From assembly GCF_902713615.1 (NCBI RefSeq), contig NC_052161.1, forward strand, positions 89,940,236-90,004,235: DNA of 64,000 nt, given 5' to 3'. The notes below the pieces were generated by a model. That model was not told where the DNA came from, ran no database searches, and worked only from the letters and a program-made list of their open reading frames with translations. The DNA is from Scyliorhinus canicula (taxonomy: Eukaryota). The position numbers and the translations under genes were made by a program. Position 1 is the stretch's first letter. Every line of letters begins with the position of its first letter. Of the stretch, positions 24,753 to 38,706 are shown piece by piece.

Positions 24753-26484
24753 TGTCATGGGTTTAAGTGCTGATATATGGTAGATCTAAGATCGGGGGGA
24801 ACTTAAGTCATGGGTAAGGAAAGATGAATGAATATGTGTCACATACCTTGTGATGAGATGCCCTTGCAAGGACGTGCCCATAATTGGGATGTGCCTTTAA
24901 GCAGAAGACTCAAAGTTGAAAACAGCATGCTTGCCGGGATAGTGTTCCCAGGTTTTATATATTTGGAAAGGAGAAGCCAAACTCTTCGACTCTGAGTAGA
25001 AAAAAGGAAGCAGCTTTAGGGGGAGTCCGTTTGATTGGTTAGCTGGCAACCGCTGGGTTGGCCAGGGACAGTATTCTGCCTGACAACAGTGATTGGCTCC
25101 TGTGTCATGCTTTCTGAGAAAATGTACGAGAATTGTTTAGACCTTGGAAGTGAAAGGATCTTGCACTCTCTCTCTCCTGCTTGTCGTTAGGAAGGAACTG
25201 CTCCTTGTTCTGATAGCACATCCTTTTCTGTGAATTTTAAATGATGCTGAGTCTGCAGAGAAGGTAGACAAACTTGTCAGAGAAAACCATCTCAAGCCGA
25301 GAAGGAAAAGGTACCAAAACAAAAGCCCGAACTTCAGAAAGACATTAACTGAAATCATCCCAGTTCATCAAAGATCCAAATCCTTTTTATTTTTATTAAT
25401 ATTTTCTTTCTCTTTCGAACACCCCTCCCCCTCTGTGTTGTTTTTCTGTGTGTGTCTGTATGTGTGTATAGAGAGTGGGCAAGTTAGAAAGCGGAGGGTT
25501 GAGAAAGGGATAGTAGATAGTCAGTTACATTTTCTGTCCATTGGGCTCAACCAAGGACTTTGAGCATTAAAAAAAAATCTAATTTCACCGGCGTTGTGAC
25601 TCTGGGTCAAGTGGGGCTGGAATTGACCGCCGCAAGCCCAGGGGGTCACCAGAACCAGAAATAACATCCATGAACAACTGCGATTAATCAACCCAGATTT
25701 CTGCGAGCAATGAAAGAAACCTGCAGACAAAATCTGGGCATAACACCTATACTTTAGAGACCAATAGATTCATCAACACTTAATGAATGGTTGCGAAACG
25801 TGAAGCTGTATTGTTAATAGACACACTTATTTGGAAGGGAGATAAACATCTGTAAAAAGAAAGGGGGATGTTGTATTATGCCTTTAAGGGATGGCAGCAT
25901 GACCTCACGAGAAGCGAGGTCTGTTGTGTGATGCAGGTGTTGCAACACCCTGATCTAGTGCACCATGAATTCCAGTCCCACAGGCCCCGGAGTCACAACA
26001 CAAGTGAATTAACCAATAATTCTCATTTGAAAAACCTCAAATATTTTGCCCTTGGCTGCCCAATAATTACAGTCACCAGGTTAGTAAATGTAAACACAAT
26101 TACTGTTTATTTATACCAAGAACTGGAATGAAATATGCAGCAAATGCAACTGATTAACTATTAACTAATACCTAATTCCCTAAACTATTAACTTTCCCCT
26201 AACCTCTACACACAAGCACAAGACAGACAAACACAGAGGAGTGGAAAGGGGTAACAATCACAAGTAAAAGGAAAAAATAGTCCTGTTTCAGATAATGGTC
26301 TTTAGCATTTTGGTTTGCAACCTGTAATGCTCTTCTCTGTAGATTCATTCATTTAGGTACTCTGTCATTTATGAATGCAGTACTCACAGCTTTTATGGAG
26401 AGAACTTTATTTCTCTTGAAACTTGAGTTTGTGGTTTATATTCAGGCCTCTGTAGTTTCAGAAATATAGCACTCACAGGCCTTC

Positions 26485-26532
<48 letters not shown>

Positions 26533-26965
26533 ACTCACAGGCCTTCGTGAAAGAGATAGCACTCACAGAGGCTGTCTGGAAAGTGATTTGGAGGAGAGAG
26601 AGGAGCAGGACCTTTCTCCGTGCTGCCAAGATCAAAAACTGAAACTCCTCAGGACTCGAAAGGCATTCCACTGGGATATAATCCAATCACCACCTGTTAT
26701 CAGGCAGAGTGAAACCTTTTGGGCCAATTCATTGGCCACCAGCAAATCAATCAAACTGAGTCGCAACCCCATCTGTCTCACTGAACCCAACAAGTCTGTG
26801 ATCTGTTCAAACCAGCGCAGGCTAGCAAATTGACCTCTGCTGTACCTTCTGAAATCTCCTGCTTGAATTAAAGACACATGCCCATTAATCATCCATGGAT
26901 GAATATAAGAAAGGCAAAAATGCAAGGGGAAGTAAAGGAATAAAGAGGGAGGACCCTTACACAGT
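24753..26965. mobile_element. One or two probable solo LTR-like repeats
   Basis: TG...CA-bounded non-coding segments (about 24753-25666 and 25928-26963) following the Gmr1-type pol. Boundaries are uncertain. Confidence 0.4.
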
Positions 26966-27743
26966 CTTAGTTTTGATTTTGCCTGTGAGCCGGGGGCATG
27001 CGCACGGCTGTGCTACTAATGTCTTCAGATTTCTAGCTTTGTACATCTGTCCTCATTGCACCCCCCATCCATAAACAAACCCATGACCTATTTGATCAAT
27101 CCTTTATGAGTGATTGATGTTGACATACAGCGGGTCACTGGTGCATCTCGTAGATGGCATGCGCCAGTGTGTGCCAGTGGTGGAGAGAGTGGATGGCGAA
27201 GGTGGCGATTAGAGCGCGATCGAGCTTTGTTCTGGATGGTGTCGGTCTCCATCACATGTACATCAGCTACCTTTGATATACATCAATGATTTGGATGAGG
27301 GGACCAAATATGATATTTCTGGGTTTGCAGGTGACACCAAACGTGGTGGGATGCTTAGGGGTGAAGGGGAGGCGAAGAGGCTTCAAGATGATACAGACAA
27401 GTTGAATGAGTGAGTGGGCAAAAACATGGCAGATGCAGTCGAATGTGGAGTAAATGTGAATTGATCCACTTCAGATGGCGAAACAGAATGGCAGAGTCTT
27501 ATTTGAATAGTGAGAGATTACCAGAGCCCAACAGTGGCTGGGAAACTGGACCCAAACCCCAATATTTTAGTTTAATTTATAAGACTGTAAGGAAAGAATA
27601 ATTCGCTCCAGGAGTGATTATATACGAAAATGGTGCTTTGGTATTTTTAAAAGATAACCTTTATTATGAATGACAATATTAAACTTCAAAACTTCACACC
27701 TGAATAGGACATCTTACAATTATCCCTTAGACACTACTATGCC

Positions 27744-27970
27744 AAGCAGCACGGTAGTGTAGTGGTTAGCACTGCTGCCTCATGGCGCCGAGGTCCCAGG
27801 TTCGATCCTGGCTTTGGGTCACTGTCTGTGTGGAGTTTTCACATTCTCCCAGTGTTTGCGTTGATCTTGCCTCCACACCCCAAAGATGCACAGGGCAGGT
27901 GGATTGGCCACGCTAAATTGCCCCTTAATTGGAAAAAATGAATCGGGTATTCTAACTTTCTAAAAAAAAA
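27744..27970 (+). mobile_element. Shorter tRNA-derived SINE
   Basis: A/B boxes (TAGTGGTTAGC, GGTTCGATCC) and an A-rich end. Confidence 0.75.
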
Positions 27971-28433
27971 ACACTGCTACGCAATTTCCCATTAAACAAC
28001 GAGAAAAGAAACATACAGCACTCGATTTATCTTAATGTGGGAGAATTGTGGACTCAACTTCAGGCAGATCCCAATTCAACTCCTTTCTCCAAAACCTGTT
28101 CCAAAAGCTTTCTCTCGAAGGCTTTTCAAAATGTCTCCCTGCCTTCCTTGGCTCCACATGACAATGACCTTATCTCCCCAAGCTGGAAAACAAATTTTAT
28201 CTGCAGGCTGCAAAGCACATTAACTCCCCAGGGACTTTCTCCAGTCAAACCACAGCCCATTAGCCCAGCCTGAAAAACACAGGTTGCTAAAAGCTCCCAG
28301 CCCTGCAAAACAGAATTCTAAAAAAAACCACACAAGGACTGCATTCAAACAGACTATAATCTCAGGCTTGTAACCCTTAAATTGCCCAGTATTTAGAATC
28401 CAATATTCCTAAAGTCTTCCAGTTGTTACAAGG

Positions 28434-31400
28434 TGTCATAATATACACCAGTATATCATGGTGCAGACACACACTGATGGACACACAGGGACCAATCAAC
28501 ATGTACAAATACCGCAGCCAATCACCAGTTAGAATACACACACTATAAAGGCAGAGGGCACCACGGTTCCCGCTCATTCTGGGTGCTGCCTCTCAGTGTA
28601 ACAAGAACTCATCCAGCCCGGCACAGACTTACAACACGTGCTGAGTGAATCAACTGGTTTGGACAAGGCTTAGGTCTCTAGTTTAAGTTAGCATCATTTA
28701 GACCCACAGTCATCGTGTCTTAGTTAGTTAGAAGTAGTTAATAAAATTGAGTTGAACCTTCATCAGTGTTGGAAGTGTCTGTTCATCTTTCAAGTCTACA
28801 CTAACCAACACTTAATGGTACCAGAAGTTGAGGGATGCTCGCACTTCTGAGACCTACCTTTCAGTGATCTTCCTTCCACCAGTCTCGCCATCCTACAGAA
28901 TGGACTCCATTCGCCCGCCGGATCCTGTCCGCATTGCAGGGAATCTGGGCTCCAACTGGAAACTTTTCAAACAGCGCTTCCAGCTGTACCTCGAAGCCAG
29001 GGACCTGGAAGCTGCCTTGAACACACGGAAGATTGCTCTCTTCCTCTTCACAGCCGGTGCTGCACATTTACAACTCACTCACCTTCGATGAGGGGGAGGA
29101 CAAATCGAAGTTCAAAACCATAATTCTGAAGTTCGACAGTCACTGCGCGGTCGAGGTCAACGAGAGCTTCGAGGGATACATGTTTCAGCAGCAAATTCAG
29201 GGTAAGGACGAGCCTTTCCAGTCCTTTATTACCCACTTCCGCATCCTTGTGCAGTCCTGCAACTACGGGTCCACCTCTGACTCCATGCTCCGTGACCAGA
29301 TTGTTTTTGGTGTTCAATCTGAGCCCCTGCGCCAGCAGCTACTAAAAGTAAAGCAGCTCACTCTCGCTACGGCCATTGAGACCTGTGTACTTCATGAACA
29401 TGCCTCCATGCGCTACTCCTGCATCCAGGCCGCTGAAACGGCGCGGCAAGCCCCTTACGAGGCAGAACGGGTCCAGATGATAAAATCTCTTCAGGCTCTG
29501 GATTTGAACGATGGCGGCCATTTTGCGCGCTTTTCGCGTAGTCCCGTGCTTACACGCAGCGAGCGTGCTGACGTCACCGACCGCTTCGCACAGGTACGCG
29601 CTATGCTGGATCGCCCCGCGCATATGCAGTGGCGCGACGAACGTCCCAATGCTCCGGCGTGCGGCTCCGCCCACTTAAAGCGGCAATGTCCTGCGAAGCC
29701 CCGACGCTGCCTGCAGTGTGGCAAAAGAGGCCACAACGCCGCAAATCTTCCATGCCTGCTGTTTTTAGGAGGTCCTCCCAGCCCCACAGAGACGTCAGGG
29801 CTATCCAGCCTGCCATCAATTAACCTAATCCAGACCTTGCTTCCGACTGTGCCTGCAATGACCCACGGGTCCCGTTCCAAATCGGCGTCATTACTACGAA
29901 CAGGATGTCCCCCAAGCGTGGCACTGAACCCGTCCACGTCCACAGCGTCAGCCAGGATGATGAGTGGTGTGCCACCCTTACGGTCAACCGGTCCCCTGTC
30001 AGGTTCCGCCTGGACACTGGCGCTTCTGCCAATCTCATCGCGTCGTCTGATTTTCACAAGCTCTGCGTACAGCCTGCTGTCCTGCCATCTGCGTGTAAAT
30101 TGCTGGACTACAATGGCAATGCCATCGCCTCCAGCAGCTCCTGCCGCCTTGAGGTGACACATCGCGCTCACACAGCCATTCTCCCGTTCGAGATTGTTGC
30201 TGCCTCAAAAGCCTCCTTGCTTGGTGCGCAGGCATGCAAGCTGCTCCACTCAGTGCAGAGAGTACACTCTCTCTCTTCAAGCGATGTGTCTGCATCCTCT
30301 GACACAGACTTCAGGGCACAACTCGACTCCATCATCCAGCAATACCATGATGTTTTTGAAGGCTCCCGTACACGTATAAAATCTTACTCAAGCCCAACAC
30401 CACGCCTGTCGTTCACGCACCTCGCAGAGTCCCAGCGCCCCTCAGGGACTGCCTCAAGCAACAGTTCCAGGACCTCCAGGACCAAGGAGTCATTTCTAGG
30501 GTCACGGAACCCACAGATTGGGTAAGATCAATGGCGAGCTGCGGATCTGTATTGATCCTAAAGTCATGAATCAGAATATCATGCGGGAGCACTACCCGAT
30601 CCCGAAACGTGAGGAGCTCACGTCCGAGATGGCCCACACCAAACTATTCTCAAAACTGGATGCCTCGAAGGGTTTCTGGCAGATCCAACTAGATGAATCA
30701 AGCAGGAAGCTGTGTACGTTCAACACACCCTTTGGCAGGTTCTGCGACAACCGGATGCCATTCGGCATCATCTCTGTGTCCGAAGTTTTCCACTGGATCA
30801 TGGAGCAGATGATGGAGGGGATCGACGGCGTCCGGGTATATGTCGACGACATTATTATCTGGTCAACCACCCCGCACGAACACATTGCCCGCCTTCAGCG
30901 TGTTTTCAGGCGCATCCACGAACACGGCCTCCGCCTCAATAGGGCCAAATGCTCCTTCAGCCAGCCAAGTATCAAGTTTCTGGAGGATCACATCTCCCAC
31001 CAGAGGGTGCGTCCAGGCGAGGACAAGATTGCAGCAATCACGTCCATGAAGACGTCCGAGGACAAGAAAGCGGTTCTCCGGTGCCTGGGTATGGTGAATT
31101 TCCTCGGGAAGTTCATCTCAAATCTTGCCAAACACACCACGGCCCTCAGAGACCTGATTCGCAAAACCACAGATTTCCAATGGCTCCCTGCTCACAAGCG
31201 TGAATGGCAGGAGTTGAAGTCCAAGCTTTCCACAGCCCCAGTCTTGACCTTTTTCGACCCGACCAAAGAGACCAAAATCTCTACCGATGCCAGTCAGTCG
31301 GGAATTGGTGCCGTGCTCCTGCAACGAGATGAGACCTCGTCATGGGCTCCCGTTGCGTATGCGTCGTGGGCGATGACCACCACAGAGCAGCGCTATGCGC

Positions 31401-34017
31401 AGATTGAGAAAGAGTGTCTCGGCCTTCTCACTGGAGTTGTGAAGTTCCACGACTAAGTCTATGGACTTCAGCAGTTCACGGTTGAAAAATCAAAAAGGAC
31501 CTGAATGACATGACGCCTCGCCTCCAGCGTATCCTACTCAAGCTGCGCAGGTACGACTTTCAACTGATCTATACCCCGGCAAGGACCTTGCTGTTGCCGA
31601 TGCCCTCTCAAGGTCGATCACAACTCCGTCTGATCATGATGGCTTCATTTGGCAAATAGATGCTCAAGTTCAGCTTGCAGCCTCCCATTTGCCAGCTTCC
31701 GATGCACGACTGATACAAATTCGCCATGAGACAGCGGCTGATCCACTTCTGCAGTGGGTGATGTGCCTAATGTCAGACGGGTGGCTCAAGGGCCAATGCC
31801 CGCAATTTTACAACATCCGCGATGACCCTGCGGTTGTCGACGGGGTGCTCTTGAAATTGGATCGCATCGTCATCCCACAAAGCATGCGCCAGCTAGTGTT
31901 GGAGCAACTCCATGAAGGCCATTTAGGAATCGGGAAATGCTGCCGCAGGGCCAGAGAAGCCGTCTACTGGCCGGGCATCAATGATGACATCGCCAATGTG
32001 GTGCTCAACTGCTCTACCTGCCAACGTTTTCTGCCCGCCCAACCACGAGAGACCCTGATGCCCCATGAGCTCGTCACATCGCCAGGGACCAATGTGGGCA
32101 TTGACTTGGTCCATGCATTGGGCAGCGACTACGTCATCACCATTGACTACTTCTCCAGTTACCCGGAGGTCATCAGGCTGCACGATCTCACATCCTCGGC
32201 TGTGATCAGGGCATGTAAGGAGACATTTGCCCGACATGGCATTGCGCTGACGGTCATGTCGGACAATGGCCCCTGTTTCGCGAGCCAGGAATGGGCCGGC
32301 TTCGCCCGACACTACAACTTCGAGCACGTTACGTCCAGTCCCCTATACCCCCAATCCAATGGGAAGGTGGAAAAGGGGGTCCACATTGTCAAGCGGCTCC
32401 TCAGCAAGGCCGCGACGCCGGCTCAGATTTCCATCTTGCTCTGCTGGCCTATTGCTCCGCCCCGCTCTCCACCGGCCTGTCGCCTGCTCAGCTGCTAATG
32501 AACCGCACCCTCAGAACGACGGTGCCATCAATTCTCACTCCCAGCCTCGATTATGTCCCCGTGCTCCACCGCATGCACATGTCTCAACTGCAGCAGAAAA
32601 CCTCCTACGACTCACGGGCTGCTGACCTTCCCGACATCCATCCACGCGACAAGGTTCGCATCCACCTCCCGGATGGTGGCTGGTTTGCGCCTGCTATCGT
32701 TCTAAAGCAGGTGGCCCCCCGCTCCTTCCTGCTCCGCTTCCCGGATGGATCCATTCGGCGCCGCAACAGGCGTGCTCTTCGCCTGATTCCAGGGTCGTCA
32801 CGGGATCCTCCGACCAGCTCTTCTACTGATCCCGCCGTGGACTGTGTGGCTCTTCCGGTCGCTCTGCCTGCCCCTGACAATGCTGCAGCCCTCCCGGCTC
32901 CTGAGCTGCCAGCCATTGCCCCACCCTTGATGCCGTCAACCAGAGTTCGTCGCCCACCTCAGAGACTGAACTTATGAACTCTGTACACATGTGGACTCTC
33001 TGAAATGTTCTTTTTCCTCTATCCTTTATTGTTGCATTCGTTATCCAGTGATTTGTAAATAGATTCGTTGGTTGTTCCAGTTCATGGTAGTCATCTGCAC
33101 CAGGCACCTTCCTCTGTAAATAGTCTTGTTCCCTGGCTTTGTATATATGTCTTGCACCTCACACGTAGCTAGGTACATTCTCCACATACCCACACTATTT
33201 ATTATCACATGCCTACATCAACATTTTTTTTATAAAAGGGGGGATGTCAGAATATACACCAGTATATCATGGTGCAGAAACACACTAATGGACACACACA
33301 GGGACCAATCAACATGTACAAACACCGCAGCCAATCTCCAGGTAGAATACACACACTATAAAGGCAGAGGTCACCACGGTTCCTGCTCATTCTGGGTGCT
33401 GCCTCTCAGTGTAACAAGAACTCATCCAGCCCAGCACAGACTCACAACACGTACTGAGAGAATCAACTGATGTGGACAAGGCTTAGGTCTCTAGTTTAAG
33501 TTAGCATCATTTAGACCAGGGGTGGGCAAACTACGGCCCGCGGGCCGCATGTGGCCCGCCAAAGGTATTTCTGCGGCCCACCAAGTCATTAAAAAAAAAA
33601 AAAAAAAAAAATTTTTTTTTAAAATTTTTTTTTTTTTTTTTAAGGTTAATGGGGGGGGGGCTGTTGGGTTACTTACTGGTATAGGGTGGATACGTTGACT
33701 TGAGTAGGGTGATCATTGCTCGGCACAACGTCGAGGGCCGAAGGGCCTGTTCTGTGCTGTACTGTTCTATGTTCTATATGAGGCGTCCAGAATCATAACC
33801 GGGTGAAGTAATTATTTTACTTAATATACTATGCGGCCCTTTGTGAATTGTGAATTTCTGAATGTGGCCCTTGCACGGAAAAGTTTGCCCACCCCTGATT
33901 TAGACCCACAGTCATCGTGTCTTAGTTAGTTAGAAATAGTTAATAAAATTGAGTTGAACCTTCATCAGTGTTGGAAGTGTCTGTTCATCTCTCAAGTCTA
34001 CACTAGCCAACACTTCA
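28434..34017 (+). mobile_element. Full-length Ty3/Gypsy LTR retrotransposon, frameshifted; same broad family as 6140-11141
   Basis: LTRs 28434-28815 and 33245-34017 (the latter interrupted by a MITE), about 95% identical by eye. 5-bp TSD CAAGG, PBS TGGTACCAGAAGT (tRNA-Leu UAA), PPT before 33245. PR FRLDTGAS, RT YVDDII, RH TDASQ, IN SDNGPCF. Confidence 0.95.
33517..33897. mobile_element. hAT (Charlie-type) MITE carrying a SINE 3' fragment, inserted in the 3' LTR
   Basis: TIRs CAGGGGTGGGCAAACT / AGTTTGCCCACCCCTG, 8-bp TSD ATTTAGAC, HE1-type SINE tail at about 33640-33778. Confidence 0.9.
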
Positions 34018-37000
34018 CAAGGGACCTGGGTGTCCTAGCACACCCATCATTGAAAGTAAGCACGCAGGTACAACAAGCCATTCGAAAGGCAAAACACATG
34101 GTTTGCCGGCCTTCATTGTAAGAGGACATGAGTACAGGAAAAAAGATGTCTTATTGCAGCTGAACAGGGCTGTGGAGAGGCCACAGATGGAATATTGTGT
34201 GCAGCTTTTATCTCTTTATCTAAGAAAGGATATACTTGCCATTGAGAGAGTGTAGCAGAGGATCACCAAACTGACTCTGGTGTGGCAGGATTGTTGTATG
34301 AGGAGAGATTGGGTGGACTGTGTGGGAGTATGGTATTGAGATGGAGGATATGCCATGTTCATATTGTGGTAAAATGGCCAATAGCCTGAAACTTAGGCCC
34401 GATTCAGAATTGGGCACTTTGAATTAAGAATTGGACATTTTCAATTTAAAACCACAGGTCAGAACCACAGACAGGCCTGATGGGAATTCCAACAGCTAAG
34501 TTGGGATACACTGGACAGGGACAGACAGCCAGGTCAGATCTGGGAATGCCCTGTAAGACATCTGGATGGAACGGTCCCATTCAAATGAATTGCTTGTTGT
34601 GGATTGCCCAGATGAAGCTAGAATTTTTGGCACCCAGATCAGCTTATATGGGCTAAGGTTACGTGAGGACAGTGCACCTGAGAATTGACATTGGGGGGTG
34701 GGTTCCTGGTGTCCTTCAGAGTTGTCACCAGCAACTCCATTGGGTGTTGCGACCTGCGACAACAAACTCATTGCCTGAGGGCCACAGTAGCTTCTGGAAG
34801 GGTGGGAAGAGGGGGATAAGAAGGAGGCTCGATGAAGACTGGATGCAGAGACAGTGGAGAAGACTCAAAAGCACCGGAGGACGGGTGGAAGAGGCTTGCC
34901 AGATCCACCTCCGCAGACAAAGGCCCTGAGAAGACCGAGACTCAGAGGATCGGACCCGCGGCTCAATCCAGTTCACTGGCATTTGTAGTGTTTAGCATTT
35001 TAGGCATACATTACCTGGGATAATATGGGGGGGGGGGGAAATAAACTTTTTTATTGTGTTTGAAAATAAACTTGGGTTGAATTGTGAACCTATTTTGTCC
35101 TTTGCTCATCACGCGAATAAAGGCCCCTGGGAAAAATATTTTACTAATAAACTGGTCAAAGTGTCTGATAATTTACAGGCAACAATATTGAATTGTGGAG
35201 CAGGCTCGAAGGGCTGAATGGCCTTCCCCTCCTATTTTCTATGCTTTTTTAGTGTTGTTGGGAGCCTCACTCATCCATGCAAATGTTCCTTGTAGATGGT
35301 GGACAGGCTGTGGGGGGAGTTAGGAGGTGAGTTACTCTCCGTAGAATTCCCAGCCTCTGACCGGCTTTTGTAGCCGCAGTATTGAGATGGCTGGGTTCAG
35401 TTCAGTTCCTGGTCAGTAGTAACCCCCCAGAATAGTCATGTTAATGTGTGTGTCTATTATCTACGCTACAGTGCTGAATTCGCTGTGAGTTCTCAGAGTG
35501 GCAGTGTGCGGTGACCATTGACTGTAAACAGGATGTCCTGTGACCATTCAGAGAGCGCGTGGGAGACATGTTTTTAAATCTAGCGGGTTTTAAATCGAGC
35601 GCTCCCTCGCCCTCTCAGCGCAGCTGCCTCGCTGCCATGCCACCTGTCAACACTCTCTCCGTCACTCGCTCTAGTATATATATCTCAGCGTGCAAACCAC
35701 TTCCTCAAGAATCACTTTCACACAATCTCCTCCACACCTAGTCCAGAGCACCCAGCTCAACCCCCACTCTCGCACAGACACACGCACAGCAGCTGCTACA
35801 GCAGAGGACTAGCTCAGAGAGAGTGATAGACAAAGATATATATACATATGTTAGCGAGAGAGAGAGAGACAGAGGCACATCAAGACAAAGACAGATCGAG
35901 ACAAAGAGAGATCGAGACAGAGAGAGAGATCGAGACAGGGAGAGATCGAGACAGAGAGAGAGATCGAGAAAGAGAGAGAGACAGAGAGATCGAGACAGAG
36001 AGATCAAGACAGAGAGAGAGATCGAGACAGAGAGAGATCGAGAAAGAGAGAGAGATCGAGACAAAGAGAGAGATTGAGGCAGAGAGAGAGAGATCGAGAC
36101 AGGGAGAGATCGAGACAGAGAGAGAGATCGAGAAAGAGAGAGAGACAGAGAGATCGAGACAGAGAGATCAAGACAGAGAGAGATCGAGAAAGAGAGAGAG
36201 ATCGAGACAAAGAGAGAGATTGAGGCGGAGAGAGAGATCGAGACAGGGAGAGATCGAGACAGAGAGAGAGAGATTGAGAAAGAGAGAGAGATCGAGAAAG
36301 AGAGAGAGACAGAGAGATCGAGACAGAGAGATCGAGACAGAGAGAGAGATCGAGACAGAGAGAGATCGAGAAAGAGAGAGAGATCGAGAAAGAGTGAGAG
36401 ATCGAGACAGAGAGAGAGATCGAGACAGAGAGAGAGATCGAGACAGAGAGATCGAGACAGAGAGAGAGAGATCGAGAAAGAGAGAGATTGAGACACAGAG
36501 AGATCGAGACAGAGATTGAGACAGGGAGAGAGAGATCAAGACAGGGAGAGATAGATCGAGAGAGAAATCGAGAGAAAGATTGAGACAGAGCGAGATTGAG
36601 GCAGGGAGAGATTGAGACACAGAGAGAGGGATCGGGACTGAGAGAGAGAGGTCGAAACAGAGAGAGAGAAATCGAGAGAGATTAAGACAGGAAGAGATTT
36701 AGACACGGCGAGATCAAGACAGGAAGAGATCGAGACGGAGAGATCGAGACAGGGAGAGATCGAGACGGGGGAGATCAAGTTCGGGAGAGATCGAGACAGA
36801 GAGATTAAGACAGGGAGAGATCGAGACCGAGGGAGATCGAGAGAGGGAGAGAGATTGAGTCAGGGTGTGATAGATCGAGAGAGAAATCGAGAAAGGGAGA
36901 GATCGAGACAGGGAGAGAGGGAGATCGAGACAGGGAGAGAGAGAGATCGAGACAGAGAGAGAGAGATCGAGGCAGATAGAGAGAGAGGGAGATCGAGAGA

Positions 37001-38013
37001 GAGAGATCGGGACAGAAAGAGAGATCGGGACAGAGAGAGAGATCGAGACAGAGATAGAGATCGAGACAGAAGAGAGATCGAGACACAGATTGAGACAAGG
37101 AGAGAGAGAGGTCAAGACAAGGAGAGATAGATCGAGAGAGAAATCGAGACAGAGAGAAAGATCGAGACAGGGAGAGATCAAGACGGAGAGATGGAGACAC
37201 AGAGAGAGGGATCGGGATTGAGAGAGAGCGGTCGAAACAGAGAGAGAGAAATCGAGACAGGGAGAGAGATCAAGACAGGGAGAGATTTAGACACGGCGAG
37301 ATCAAGACAGGAAGAGATAGAGACAGAGAGATCGAGAGAGGGAGAGATCGAGACAGGGAGAGATCGAGACAGGGAGAGATCGAGTTAGGGAGAGATCGAG
37401 AGAGGGAGAGATCGAGACAGGGAGAGATCGAGACAGGGAGAGATCGAGTTAGGGAGAGATCGAGACCGGGAGAGATCGAGACGGGAAGAGATCGAGACAG
37501 GGAGAGATCGAGACAGGGAGAGATCGAGGCAGGGAGAGATTGAGACAGGGAGAGATCGATCCAGGGAGAGATCGAGACAGGGAGAGATCGAGACAGGGAG
37601 AGATCGAGTTAGGGAGAGATCGAGACCGGGAGAGATCGAGACGGGAAGAGATCGAGACAGGGAGAGCTCGAGACAGGGAGAGATCGAGACCGGGAGAGAT
37701 CGAGACGGGAAGAGATCGAGACAGGGAGAGATCGAGACAGGGAGAAATCGAGCCAGGGAGAGATCGAGAGGGAGAGAGATTGAATCAGGGAGTGATAGAT
37801 CAAGAGAGAAATCGAGACCGAGAGAAAGATTGAGACAGAGATCGAGAAAGGGAGAGAGAGAGATTGAGACAGAGAGAGAGAGATCGAGACAGAGAGAGAG
37901 AGGGAGATCGAGAGAGAGAGAGTGAGATCGGGACAGAAAGAAAGAGAGATCGAGACAGAAAGATCGGGTCAGAGAGAGAGATCAAGATAGAGAAAGAGAG
38001 AGATCGAGATCTC

Positions 38014-38143
38014 GGGCGGGATTCTCCGGCCGTGTGTGTCCGCCCAGGACCGAAGAATCCCACCTGAGGTCAATGGAGTTCTCCATTGTCCGCCTCCCGC
38101 CTATGACATTCCTGCAGCGGGCGGGGTGCAAGAATCCAGCCCA
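38014..38143. mobile_element. Small MITE-like element
   Basis: Imperfect TIRs GGGCGGGATTCT / AGAATCCAGCCC, matching the end at 17443-17456 (GGAGAATCCCGCCC). The superfamily, possibly PIF/Harbinger, is inferred. Confidence 0.55.
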
Positions 38144-38494
38144 TAGAGAGAAGTTGAGAAAGAAAGAGTGGAATCGAGAAAGAGGGTGATCAAGACAGAG
38201 AAAGAGAGGTTGGGNNNNNNNNNNNNNNNNNNNNNNNNNNNNNNNNNNNNNNNNNNNNNNNNNNNNNNNNNNNNNNNNNNNNNNNNNNNNNNNNNNNNNN
38301 NNNNNNNNNNNNNNNNNNNNNNNNNNNNNNNNNNNNNNNNNNNNNNNNNNNNNNNNNNNNNNNNNNNNNNNNNNNNNNNNNNNNNNNNNNNNNNNNNNNN
38401 NNNNNNNNNNNNNNNNNNNNNNNNNNNNNNNNNNNNNNNNNNNNNNNNNNNNNNNNNNNNNNNNNNNNNNNNNNNGAGGGAGATCGACAGAGAG

Positions 38495-38706
38495 AGTAAG
38501 AAGCCTTACAACACCAGGTTAAAGTCCAACAGGTTTGTTTCAAACACGAGCTTCTGGAGCACTGCTCCTTCCTCAGGTGAATGAAGACTGAGGAAGGAGC
38601 AGTGCTCCGAAAGCTCGTGTTTGAAACAAACCTGTTGGACTTTAACCTGGTGTTGTAAGACTTCTTACTGTGCTCACCCCAGTCCAACGCCGGCATCTCC
38701 ACATCA
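38495..38706. mobile_element. Penelope-like terminal fragment as an inverted repeat, with hammerhead-like cores
   Basis: Arms 38495-38576 and 38588-38669, about 82 bp, with an 11-nt spacer. Contains CTGAGGA-aGGAGCagtGCTCC-GAAA. Confidence 0.65.

Larger units (their letters stand above)
27230..34320 (+). mobile_element. CR1 LINE remnant split by later insertions (pieces at about 27230-27520 and 34023-34320)
   Basis: RT C-terminal motifs (YINDLDEG; then gacctgggtgtcc, GHEYRKKDVLLQL) continue on either side of the LTR insertions. Confidence 0.6.

Noticed and set aside
34480-35023. Unique-looking segment with short ORFs
   Set aside because: It has no recognisable homology or convincing splice-site pair.
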